From Camelus ferus (Eukaryota): a stretch of 64,000 nt of DNA. The stretch covers positions 19,096,001-19,160,000 of the forward strand of contig NC_045702.1 of assembly GCF_009834535.1 (NCBI RefSeq), read 5' to 3'. The notes under the pieces are model-generated. The model saw only the letters and a program-made list of their open reading frames with translations. It searched no databases and had not been told where the DNA came from. The translations under genes and the position numbers were made by a program. How positions within the stretch are numbered: the stretch's first letter is position 1; each line of letters starts with the position of its first letter. Shown here in pieces: positions 12,110-24,033 of this stretch.

Positions 12110-15100
12110 CTGCAGCAGAAGAGAGCAAAGACTCCAGTATAGGGAATGAATGAACAAAAAATAAATGGATAGTACCAGCTGTGCAAGTGTTAACAGTGAA
12201 AAAGATGAGTAAAAGTTTAGTAATTTCAGTATTATTATGAAAAATAAATAAATGGAGAAAGGCAACAGTTGCCTGCTCTCCCATGGTGACCTGCCCCACA
12301 GTAACTGCAGCCAGGCTCACGTCGTGTGTGTGGCTGCCTCTCCATTGGTTCCCCAGGCTCTAGAACTCTTCATACAGATGATTTCTAAGGGGCCTCTCCC
12401 TCTTGATTTATTTTCATTACTCAGACGTTACCTACAGGAAGACATTGTCTGTCCCTTCCTCCCGTTCCCCAACCTAGGTTTTCTTCCTGGCTCTGTCCTC
12501 TGCCAGCTCAGCTGTCCTCTCTTCTAGCGTCATTTTGCCCATTTCCAGTTATCCTTCATTTGTGGCTGCTACAAATGATACCCATAGTTTATCCATATCC
12601 TGAACTTCTCCAGTGAACATAAATTCTTCATTTTAATCAGCATATGGAGCACTTGCACTAATCCTGCTCCAACTTTGTATGTAGAAAATTGAACTCATTT
12701 CTGTCCTTCTCAACTAGTTACTCTTCGATCCAATACTTCAGCTCACCTTTCTCATTTGCGTAAGGAAGATCATACCAGCCTTGAGGATTTTGAAGTGAGG
12801 GATCGATAGCATTATTACATGGCGAGTCTTTGCTAAGAGCCTGGCAAGTTACACCATCAAAAGCAAATTCCTGTGCTTTCAGCACTTTTTTTGGTTTCTC
12901 CAAATGATAGGAAACAGCACAGCCTTCGAATCATGATCAGCCTTTTCCTCTCTCCTCTTTGAACGTCCAAGTTGATCATCAAGCTTTGTCAAGAATCTGT
13001 CTCTTTCATTCCTGTCGCCACTAACCTGCTTCAGGTTCTTAGTACTTCGTGCTTGGACTGACCTGACCTGGAATCCTCAGTTCTCATAAATCCCCCTCAG
13101 AGCTGCACCACAGGTAAACCACGAGTGCCTCTTTCAGCCTGGGAGTGGAGGTCTTGGGGTCCCCCCCATCATGGTCTTTCAGCTTTATCTTCTGCCATTT
13201 CCAGAGCAGAGACTCTGTCCACTTGGGAAATGTGAACATGGCCTGTGATGCTAGCCTCTTTGTTCTGTAGGACGCCATTTCCTCCTTCCCTCCCCTTCTC
13301 TTTTGCCAACATTCATTACAAGAATTTTAAATGACTCGAAGAAGGCTGGTGAAAAGTTTCTGTATTTATTCTGAGAATAGAACCTTTTTATAGAAGGCCC
13401 TGGCGAGGTGGGTGAAGACTCATGAAACATGGTTTCGGTGCATTTTGCAGCTTGGATGTGAGCAGCAGGCATTTGGTTGAGAGGCATGGTCTGCTGACTT
13501 CTCAGCCCGACAAAACACTACCTTCCCCCCTGGCTTTTTCCAATCACCGAGGCTGGTGAAGAGGGGGAGAAATTGTTTATCATTTTGAGAAGCCAGGAGG
13601 CTTGGCATAATATTTCCATTTTAGCACTAGCCCAGACTCTGTGGGCTATTGCAGGTGACTGGTTTTCAAAGTTAAAGATCTGGTCTCCTCTTTGCAAATT
13701 TAAGGAAAGGCAGGAGTTTTCTGTAGGATCATTGAGTCCCTGCAACCAAAAAGTTAGCTAACATCCTGCCCAGTAGGTGTGTCCTTCGATCCATCATCAG
13801 TGTGGTGGCAGAGGCATATGCAAAGGTCTTTTTATTTGGATGAAGCAATCAGTTGCTTTGCTTAATGAATCCTGGGAGAGTACTTTTCAGCCTCAGAAAA
13901 AAATATTTCAGAGACAATAGTTAAATGTTTAGAGAAAGATAAAAATTAATCTCCTGCTTTGCTTGAGAAGAAGCTGAGGAGGTAAGCTTGGTTGGAGAAA
14001 GTCTTGGAAAAAGAGATAGGTGTATGATATAAGAGCCATTGTGGTTTCATCAGAGGCTTTAGAGATAGTTGACATCTGATTCCCTTTCATCTCAGAAAAT
14101 CAGGATCCATGAAGAGAGAAAGAAACGTGCTAGATCACCAGTCTGATGACAGGTCCCGGGTGGGCATGGGGACAGCCACGCGGGGGCAGACGTCCTCCAC
14201 TCAGTACACTAGCCTGAACACCTGTGACTGGGGCAGTGGAGCTGCAGGTAGAGGAACAGCACATATTCCTGTTCAGAAGTAACTTATGATGTGGCTGCCT
14301 TAAAGCCAAGAAAAAGTTTTCATTACAAAACCAAAAAATGAAATTTTCTACATATAGCCCCTGGATATTTTCTGAAAGTTTAAACTTCCCAGTGGGTGGG
14401 GAGGGAAGGACTTGAGAGCCTTTAGGAGAGGGTGTGGAGGTGGAAGCAGTGAGAATGACATAGGAGATGAACTGACGCTGAGAAGGTGAAGGCGTTCTGT
14501 GGGCCCCGTGGGGATGGGTGACTGTAGCCAGACTCTGTAAAGTGTCCCCAGGGAGGTGGGAGTCTAAGGGGTGAGGGAGGAAGAATTTGGGTGCTATGTC
14601 TAGAGAAAGTGGACTCAGTCTCTGTAAAGATGTCCTACCTTAATTAAGTAGCAGAACCACTGCTGAGACCATGGAGAGTGGGCATCTCGGCTGTAGCCAT
14701 TGTGGACCAGGGACCAGAGGGAGACTTCCTGAACGTTTTTTGCTTAAGTACTGAGCTGAGATTGAAAATTCCCCAGTGCTTAACAGACAATGAATTTCCT
14801 ACTAATCCAAGAGGACGTAGGCTCAGAGTCAAGTCTAATTTGATTGAAAGAAGATACAGTATCTGACATTTCTCCTTTCGCGATTGTAAAGGTCATGAGA
14901 ACAAGAACAGATTGTGACCTGCCACCACGTGTGTGACACTCTGAACCCGATAAGGAACGCTACACCCACGACACTGACTGGATGGTAGCTCTCCCCTCAC
15001 ACATTCCATATGTAATTGGAAACCACACCATATACTGAACTGTAAAAGAAGAGCAAACAAAATTCTGATTTTTTTTTTTTGGTGAAAACTTCAATTTTTT

Positions 15101-16599
15101 TTTTCAAAAACAAATGTGAAAATTCTTTTGAAAATGACTTTTGTTTTGACGCCTCTTCTTTGCTGCTGCCCCAGCCCACCCGTTGGATCCAGCAGGTCTG
15201 GGGACAGAGCATCCTCTTTCACCTCCCCAGGTTGCAGTTTTCTCACCTACCGTGTAACAGGACGAGGTCCCTAAATTCCTCTCAGCCCTGATGCTCTGCC
15301 TATGGCAGCCAAACAGACAAAATCCAGACTCTTGTCTGATACGACCTAACAAGGATAACTGTGGGAAAAAACAAAAGAAAGAGAACCAAAGAAAATCAGA
15401 AACAGAAAGCAGATCAACAGGAAAGAAACTTCTCTCGTGCACTTTGGGCACCTGGAGGCTCCAACTGAAACACTTGCATTTATGTCTTTCTTTGATCCAA
15501 GGACCCATTAGCTCACATCCTGTCAGTGTTATGTTTAAGCCCTAAGCACAGAAACCCCAGTTCCATCACACAAAGAGAGAACTTCAGAGAAACCTTCCTC
15601 CCTCCGTGCCCTGCACAGCGGGGACATTCACGCTCCAGAAGCAGTCGGAGAAGCCCATCTGATTGTGACTGTAGCTCAGGTCTGGTGTGAGAGGCGTCCG
15701 CCATGTAGGAGGGACGGCGGGATGGTCTGGAGGTGCTGCACAAAGGGAAGAGGATGTGATGATCTTTGGGAATATCCTTCTTCCTGCTCCCTCTTGGGAC
15801 AGTGGTGCTTGGCTGGGAGACCTCCCAGAACACCTGAACGACACCCAGTGGTGCTCCTTGCGGGTCTCCGGGTCACTTCTCTCTGCATCTGGGTCTGTTA
15901 CTGGGACTGAGATGATTCAGACTCTGAGGTTGTCTCAGCCTCCAAGTGTGTTCTCCAGATGCCACCATCATGGATATCACCATCATCATGATGGTATTTC
16001 CCTGCGGTGAGCAAAGGAGCCTCTGCAAAGCTTCTGTCACCTTTGGTGAGAAACATGGACCAAAAAAATGACAGGAAATGGTGGCTGGCTGAGGAAAGGC
16101 CTTTAACAAAATGAGCAAAAGCAATGAGGTTGGTGACTGCTCTGGGCACGTCCTGTCTCAGTGTCCTTGGAGGAGGCTCATCCTTTGGGTTTCATCTTTG
16201 CTCTTTAATCCTCGTCTAGGAAATTGAAATACTGCTCCTGACCAGACAGGGCAAGACTGAACATTCTGAGCTGGACGACTGCCCTCTGATAACAGTCCAA
16301 AGCGATGCATCCTGGTGCAGGGCATGGCCAGCTGCTGCACTGGGGATGCCTCACAAGCCACCTGGGGTCGGTGCTGATGGTTTACAAAGAACCATGGCAC
16401 TGAAAGTCACTTCACCAAGAGCTAAAGTTTGAAAATCCATACACTGGAAGCTAGGGTTCCTAGTGATTAATTTGCTGGATTTATTTGTTCCTTTTAGCAT
16501 TTATAAAAGGTGCAGCACTTTGTGTTAAATGGGTGTGGGTTTTGTTTTGGTTTTTGTTTTTGTTTTTGTTTTTTTTGTTTTTTTAGAGGTTGTTTGGTA

Positions 16600-16730
16600 A
16601 CACTTTGAGACATAATTCATGTACCATGCAATTCACCCATTTAAAATGTATATAATTCAGTGGTTTTTAGTATGTTCCTAGAGTAGTACAATCATTACCA
16701 CAATCAATTTTGAACATTTTCATTACCTAA
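16600..16730 (-). mobile_element. L1MB-type 3' end preceded by (TTTTG)n
   Basis: gagacataattcatgtaccatgcaattcacccatttaaaatgtatataattcagtggtttttag. Confidence 0.7.
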
Positions 16731-17216
16731 ATGGGGGTGGGTTTTGATGGATTATGAAGATATTTGTCTAGTTTAAGTTTCAGCTAATTTTTAATTTATG
16801 ACAGACTTTGAAAGACTTTTCAATTGTTCTTTTCACCAAAGCCTTGCTACTGTAGCTGAAAAGAGGTGGGACAGAGAGAATGAACTGTCTGCTTGAGAAA
16901 AGATAGAGTAAAAAGTGACCACTGAAAAATGTATGTATCTTAAAAGTTAACGTAAGAGAAGAAAAAAGACTGAAAATAAATTGAACTAAAATCATATTAA
17001 GTTAGAAAATGATAGTAAAATAACACCTCCCCTCCAAAGCAGAAGAAATGAAATAATGAAACTAAGAGGAAGTTTTATTTAAATAGAAAGAAAATGGAAA
17101 AAATTCCACGAGAATAATTTCACTGTTGCAGCTGATGGTCAGGAGCTGTAAGGTTTTCTGTATGGCCACAAGGGGGAGACAAAGAGCAACATAGGTGACC
17201 CTGGAATCCATGTCTA

Positions 17217-17222
17217 TTTATT
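17217..17222 (-). terminator. Candidate TCAF2 polyadenylation signal AATAAA
   Basis: AATAAA on the minus strand 1.5 kb past the stop, followed by a GU/U-rich element (tgttgctctttgtct); no transcript evidence. Confidence 0.35.
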
Positions 17223-18630
17223 CAAGATAAAAATCACTTTAATTCCCTTTAGCAGTGCTTGTTATTTAATTTCAACAATATTTTCCAGACGTATGAGGTT
17301 CTGTGGTTCCATTTAGTGTGACCAACTGCCAGTGCGTTAATGTTTTGAAATGAATTGCCCATTCCTCTAATAAGTCAGTGGCTATATTGGGCTCAGGGGA
17401 CAAAATAGAGCCACAGTCCTTTTACCTCCTTTAAAACTTTGAAGCAGCCACTACTGCTTCCCTAAAGTACCACTGGGTGATTTATGTCCTTCGAAATTTA
17501 TACAATTTGCTAGGACTTTGGGTATTTCAGATACTGAGCTAATAACCTACAGGAATGTATGCTTCCCGTTGACCCTGCTCTCAGACGTGAGGATGGAAGT
17601 TTGCATGTCCTTAAGAATGAGCGAAGAACACTTGGATACAAGCCCTGCGTTGAAGACAAGCTTCCTCTAGGACTCCACCAAGTTGTCATTTGAAGCATGG
17701 GAGCTTCAAAATCCTCCAGACTAAGGAGGTGGAGTCTTAGGTATTGAGGGATACGTGCCTTAGATGAATGACCCTGGTGGTTAAATATTCCTGCAGGAAC
17801 TAGAAAGAGCCTGTTTGGGTCTTAGCAGTTTTCACTGGGCCATTCTGTGACTCAGCAGTCATACACACAGCTCCCTGCAAGCAGAGGTCCAGGCCGTAGC
17901 AGACCCAGTAACAGAACACAGTGTAGTGTTGGCTCAAAGTCTGAGACCAGAGGTCAACTTCTGGAGCTGGACATGTGGCCTCACCGCTTGCTAGCTCTGT
18001 GTCTGCCTCTCTGAACAACAGAGATAGTAATAGTTACTGTTCTGTAGGACTGTTGTGGGCATAAATGAAAAGCATTCACAAGACTTCCTGGCAAGCAGCA
18101 TTTAATGATGATTCACCAGATCTGCACTGGCATCCATGGGAGCAAGTGTGCTCTGGAATGTGGAATACTCTCTGAGCGTCACAGTTACGGACAATTAATT
18201 CTGAACTTAGACAGAGCCACAGTCTCTCTGTAACACAGACAGGCTCCAGCTTCCAGAGAATGTGTGGAAAGTCAGGTTTTGTCTCGGTCTCTATGGCAAC
18301 CTCTTAAACCCAGCATTTTTCGTTCCTTATCTCTGGCTTCTTGGGTAAGAACACCCGTTCTGGAGTTGAGTTGCCTGGGTTCAAGTCCTTGCTCTGCCTG
18401 TAAGGGAGGCTAACCACACGCTGGACAACCAGGAAATCAGGAGCAATACCCTCTTGGAGGTTAAATTTCATGTTTAATAACAATTCAGTAGTGAACATGG
18501 GATAAATCAGAACTTTACTGAACTTACATTTTCTAGGTGAATTTTTGTTTAAATTATTAATCATTTATGGAGGAAAGTGCCACAATTTTTTAATTGCAAA
18601 AGCCCCGATTCTTCTGTGATTTCAGAGGTA

Positions 18631-18762
18631 ATTTAACATCCCTAAGTGACTGTTTTCTCATTTGTGAAATGGAGTAACTCAGAGGTTTGTCGTGAAGATT
18701 CCACGAGGTAACTCATAGGAAGTACCTCACACAATCCTTGGGGCATAAAGACTGCTCATTAA
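18631..18762 (+). mobile_element. MIR 3' fragment overlapping the TCAF2 C-terminal codons
   Basis: atttaacatccctaag...tttctcatttgtgaaatgg...ggtttgtcgtgaagatt...ctcacacaatccttggggcata...gctcattaa aligns to the MIR core and 3' end. Confidence 0.65.
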
Positions 18763-18991
18763 GCATGGGGTTTTCCTCCCACCCAGGCAGACAGGCCAGG
18801 CTGTCAGCCACTTCCTTCTGGACCGGCCAGCCCCAGGCCTCAAAGAAAGGAGCCAGATTCTTCTGCACCTTTTCAGAGAACTTCTGCACCCACAGGTTCA
18901 TCTTGCCAGGGTTGTCTTCAGGGATGTCAGACAGGGTCTGGTACTCAGCAAAGAGCTCGGTGAACGGCTCCCACCCAAAGGCCTCCTGGAG
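18713..18991 (-). CDS. TCAF2: TCAF2 exon 8, terminal coding part (279 nt including TGA)
   Basis: ttcccag|CTC CAG GAG GCC; [17 protein letters not shown]...[22 protein letters not shown]; exon sum 623+992+98+214+240+338+279=2784 nt = 927 aa + stop. Confidence 0.92.
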   Translation of the reverse strand, partial: LQEAFGWEPFTELFAEYQTLSDIPEDNPGKMNLWVQKFSEKVQKNLAPFFEAWGWPVQKEVADSLACLPGWEENPMLNEQSLCPKDCVRYFL

Positions 18992-21551
18992 CTGGGAAGA
19001 CAAGGGAGGGCAGGGTGAGGCCCGGGGGTTAGTGGAAGTCCTGTGCAGCACGCATGCCCACGAGTGCACTTCCCTCCCGGTGCTTCTTCCCCTCAGTCAT
19101 CCACTAGCTTCATTCACTTCTTCACTCGCCCCTGTCTCCCCTCTTACTCCTGCACATAAATACAACCCTGCTGGCTCGTTCCACCCCCTGGCCACGAAGC
19201 CTGTACCCCAGGATCTAGTAGGGGACTTCATGAGGATCCTACTGTCCGAAAAGAGGTAGATGCTCAATAAATGAGAGCTGTCACCATTATCTGAGAAAGA
19301 CTTATATCCCCAGTTCCTTCGTGTTCTCCCAGGCACCAGACAGGTTTGTGCCTGACTGAGATGGGGACTGGGACCCCAAAGCTGGAAACTTCCAACAATT
19401 TTCAGACATAATAAAATCCTTTTTTTTTTTTCTTTTTTAGCCACCTCAGACCTGTGACTGTTCTCTTCTTCGTGGAACACTGCCTTTGGGATGAAACAAG
19501 GAAGAAGCAGGTATGTCACAAGGGGCTCAGCGTGGGAGTGGATCAGACTTTATAGGGAACAACTCACCTGAAAGCCATGGACAGGAGGCCCTTGTTAGCT
19601 AAGAATACAGAGATTTAGAATTAGCGGGGATCTTGGGGTTTCCAAGACCTCACTCCCCCTTTGATGGAGGAGAATCCTCTGACTCTGGGGTGTAAAAGCC
19701 TGAGGACAGATGACACTTGGATCAGCGCCCTCTGCTCGCACTGCCTTGGCCTTCGACGGTCCTCCTGCTCATCACCGTTAGTTTAATACATCGACAGATG
19801 TGGCACTTACTACACAAGTAACATTTATTAAATATCTGCAATGTGCCAGCTGTAGTGCTAGGCAAGAGCTCTTATCCTTCTGGAGGTCCCTGGCCAGCGG
19901 GACAGACAGACAGATGTGTAAGTAAAGAAATTACAAAAAAAGTTGGCTTGTCAAGGAGATGGCGTCAGGAGAAGAGGACGATAGAGCTGAATTGTGACAG
20001 GTGACTTGACAGGTGAGAGACAAGATGTTCAAGCACGTTTCAGCTGCAGGAGGGAAGCATGGAGCAGCCGAAACAGTGAGACGTGTTCCCAGTGGGGAGC
20101 AGGCGGGTAAACTGGAGGGTAACTGTGGAGGTGGGAGACTGGGAGTTGGGAGGGAGGTACTGGTGAACGTCTGATAATGAGGGGCCTTGTGCGCCCAGCC
20201 GAGCAGCTTCTGCTGTATCCTGTGTGCAAGGGAGAGCACGTGACGAGGTTTAAACGTGAACCTGCAGGCTGTTTTGGCGGTGGCAGTGGGAGGCGGGCTG
20301 CAGGGCGCCAAAGCAAGATGCCAGAACAGCCGGAGGAATGATGGGGAGTAGACCCCCCGCAGGTGGGGAAAGCCAAAGGTGTCTGTCTGTCCTCAGACCA
20401 AGCCTCAGATTCCAAGATGAGGGGGGTCTCTGCATAGCTTTTGCAAAATGATATCCAGGGCTCCCTGGTGAGTCGGCCAGTGGGTAGAGTGGAATTAGGG
20501 CTTTGTCTTGCACTTCAGTGCCGACTACCACGAGTGTCTGCTTCCCTGCAGACCCTCAGACTGGTTCTAGAAGAACCCTGAGCTGATGCAGTGCAAAGTG
20601 ATCTCATTGACTGGGGCTGTCTCACACTCACTCTTCAGAAAAACGAGTGAAAGAAAAAGAATCAAAGCGGGGGTTATGGAAGTGCAAAAGTCTGGGCTTG
20701 TCACGAACTCCTGATTTCAGGTTCTGGGGCCATCATTTACATGTGTGACACTGGGCAGGATGCCCGCGGTCTTTAACTCGATACTGTGCCTATGAAAAGC
20801 GGGCCGTGCCCACTAGAGGGTCATGGCACACAATGTAGGGGACCTGATGTGGGGAGCGGCTTTGATGACTTGAAAGTATTAAAATTCAAAGCAGGATGGG
20901 CGAGGGGACAGGGATTTACGCTCATTTCACAGGCAGTCAACTTGCTTCAGGACCTTGGTGCTCTCCCGAGTTGGTTATTTATTTACTCATTTCAGAAACA
21001 TTTTGGGTTCAGGTGGGTGATGGAATTCTGAGAATCTTGTTACCAGATTTATTTCCTACGAGGCTGTCTTAGTAATGCAGTTGCCCGTAACACGTCACTG
21101 TAAGTAACTAAGAAAGAATGCAATACTTACTGGACCCGTGAAATTAAGGAGAGGGAAAACAAAGCAAAACAGAGCAATTACCGTTGCTGAAACACTTTGG
21201 AGGGGACAAAGGACAAAAGCAGTGCGTGCGAGAGCTGTGGCTCAGTCTCGGGGAGTCTTACTCAGCAATTCCGCCCTTAATCAAGAAATCCGGGGCTGTG
21301 TTTCTCTCTACTTACTTTCTTTCATAACACTTTGCACTTCCTCTTACTTGTCATTGTGAAATCATAGGAGGTGAGAGGCACAGGAGTCACTGTCTCCATC
21401 TCAGAAACGTGTAACCAGAGCAGCACCGCCGTGCAGCCAGGGGAGCTGGTGGGCCCAGGCTAGCAGGGGTGGTTGGATCGAAGCTTCTACCTGACAGAAA
21501 GTTCTGGCCACCCCCACCCCACCCCAGTCTCCCTGAATTTCTGCTCAGTAC

Positions 21552-21889
21552 CTGTAGATACAGTTCCAGAGCCGTCCACAACTCCCAGTCATTCAGGGGG
21601 GCTCCCTTTCCCAGATGTGTTTTGATCCTCTTCTCTCGTTCTGGAGGGCTCAGATCAGGGTGGGCCTGATCCCTGGGGATGCCCAGGACCGTCTCGTGCA
21701 CGTAGACTGACCACAGGTTGCAGGTGGCCTCGGAGGTGTGCGGGGGGAACTCCCACTGCCAACGCTGCTGGTTGTGGCCCAGCTCGTGGATGGGTCCCCA
21801 CAGACCTCTGCTTCTCACGCCTGTCTCATTGATGAGCTCCTGCACCGACTCCAGGTGGCACATGATGGGGTACCCTGCGTGCATCCAGC
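21552..21889 (-). CDS. TCAF2: TCAF2 exon 7 (338 nt), M60-like peptidase core with intact HELGH motif
   Basis: cccag|GC TGG ATG CAC...CTA CAG|gtactg; [57 protein letters not shown]...LELYLQ. Confidence 0.96.
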
Positions 21890-22085
21890 CTGGGGACACA
21901 GGACAAAGAGTGAGGAGGGGGCGGGGGCACCTGCCCAAACCCATCTCCCTTCGTTCCTCTCCACTGTGTACATTTCCCTCTCCATCCTGGCTGTCCCCAG
22001 TAATTCCAGAATCTCCATGCTGATTGGAAAGCAGATGCTCTCTCTGACTTGGTAGAGACTGAAGAGACCCTACCCTCTTCCCAGC

Positions 22086-22240
22086 CTCTCACTCTGGCCC
22101 TGGATAGTCCTGTCAGTCTGGCCCTGGAGAGTACCGTCACTCTGGCCTTGGATAGTCCTGTCAGTCTGTCCCTGGACAGTCCTGTCACTCTGGCCCTGGA
22201 CAGTCCTGTCACTCTGGCCCTGGACAGTACTGTTACTCTC
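22086..22240. repeat. 24-bp minisatellite, about 6.4 copies, in TCAF2 intron 6
   Basis: Unit ctgtcactctggccctggacagtc with few variants. Confidence 0.92.
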
Positions 22241-22789
22241 TCTATAACTCAGTGCTTCATTTTATGTGATGTTCCCTTGTATGTGAGTTTGCGATGTAAG
22301 GTATTGTGTCTAAATTTGAGATCCTTGAGGCTAGAACATTGCCATTCCTTCTCCCACATAAACCACTGTTGTCCAGGTTCATTCTCTTTCATATCAATAA
22401 TCTTGTCTTTTTTTAAAAGATAAGAAACCAGGTCCAGAGAAATTTTCTGCACGTTGGAACCAGACGTCCTTATTTTTTTTAGCTGCCATTCTTTCCGCTA
22501 AGCCAGTCAGTACTTCACATAAGCCTCTTTACTCTCTTGTTTCGTTGCCAACTCTGACTTATGTTTGAAGGAGGTTCTTCTGTTTTAACTTCTCCTTGAA
22601 ACACCGTCACTGTTCCCTTGAGCTCCTGGTACTGATTTTTCTGTGACTGTTCTGCCATCCTGTGAAATCTCACCTTGTAGATGAACATGATTTACCTTTT
22701 CACATGTAAACATCTTTTTATTCCCATCAAGGTCCATGTCTTGAATGTCTTTTTTCTCTTTACTGGTAAAATTATGTCTTACACATATT

Positions 22790-23392
22790 GGACATTAGAA
22801 AAAGGCAAAATAAAATTCAGCAGAAGGAAGGAAATAATAAAGATCACAGAGGAAATAAATAAAACAGAGATAAAAGCAATAGAAAAGATCAATAAAACTG
22901 AGAGCTGGTTTTTTGAAAGGATAAACAAAATCCTTAAGCCAGGCTAACAAGAAGAAAAGAGAGAGGACTCAAATAAGCAAAATAAGAAATGGAAGAGGAG
23001 AAATAACTGATTCTACAGAATACAAAATCGTAAGAAAATACTATGAAGTTATATGCCAACAAACTGGATAACCTAGAAGAAATGGACAAGTTTCTAGACA
23101 CATACAGCTTGGCCAAACTGAGTCAAGAAGAAACATAATTTGTACAGACCAATCACTAGAAGTGAAATAGAATGTTTAATTAAAAAGACTCCCTACAAAC
23201 CAAAGCCCAGGACCAGATGGCTTCACTGGGGAATTCTACCAAACATACGAATAACTGACCCCTAACCTTCTCAAACTATTCCAAAAGACTGAAGAGGATG
23301 GAACATTCCCAAAGTCATTATATGAAGCCACCATCACCCTGATACCAAAACCAGATAAAGGCACTAAAAAAAAGAAAATCACGCCCCCCCCC
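22790..23392 (+). mobile_element. L1 ORF2 fragment in TCAF2 intron 6
   Basis: Degenerate translation KFSRRKEIIKITEEINKTEIKAIEKINKTESWFFERINK and gaaatggacaagttcctag-like and ccaggaccagatggcttcactgg motifs of L1 ORF2. Confidence 0.9.
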
Positions 23393-23454
23393 CAAAGGCA
23401 AAATGATAAATAAATGGTGTCCATAGACTAGGAGCCTCCCCCCGGGGTACCCAC

Positions 23455-23694
23455 CGGCTGAGAGCTGCACGTCAGCAACAATCCTCTCTGGACAGAGGAA
23501 AGGGAAGGGCTGGGCTGCCAGCCTGGCTATGGCCTGCATCATCTCATCCCAGAGGCGGAGCAAGGGCTCGGGGTCGTCCAGGCCCCTGAGGTCTGCAGTT
23601 GGCAGTGTCAAGATGATGTTGTCTGTTGCCAGCTCCCCCCAGGGAGCCGGGCTCTCCTGGATACAGTTCCTCCACTTCTCCAGGGACGTCTTAC
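23455..23694 (-). CDS. TCAF2: TCAF2 exon 6 (240 nt)
   Basis: cccag|GT AAG ACG TCC...TCA GCC G|gtgggt; [31 protein letters not shown]...ADVQLSA. Confidence 0.95.
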
Positions 23695-24033
23695 CTGGGA
23701 ATAAATACCATGGATCCTGTCACCCACTTCCTCAGGTTCCCTTGAGCTGAAAAACACCACCTGAACTCCCGGAGGAGGACACTGAAATAATGAGCGATCA
23801 TCACGTGGGGCTGCATGCTGCGAACTGAAGGACAGGCCTCTAGACCCTTCCGCCTGTTCTGCCCTGAAGTCTCTGTGGACACAGAGTGTACCTCACCTCC
23901 TGCCTCCACTTCCACCTTGAACAGTTCTTCCTCCTCCTGGCCACCAATCCTCTCCCTCCCCTTCGTAGCAGCAGCCCACAGCTACTGCGGCGTCCCCAGA
24001 TCTCCCGCCTCCCTCCACGTTCAGTCCACTCAC

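Noticed and set aside
21826-22423. Repetitive ORFs (TGLSRARV..., LALDSPVT...)
   Set aside because: By-product of the 24-bp (multiple of 3) minisatellite inside TCAF2 intron 6.
22681-23116. Active L1 ORF2
   Set aside because: About 600-bp fragment with stops and frameshifts.
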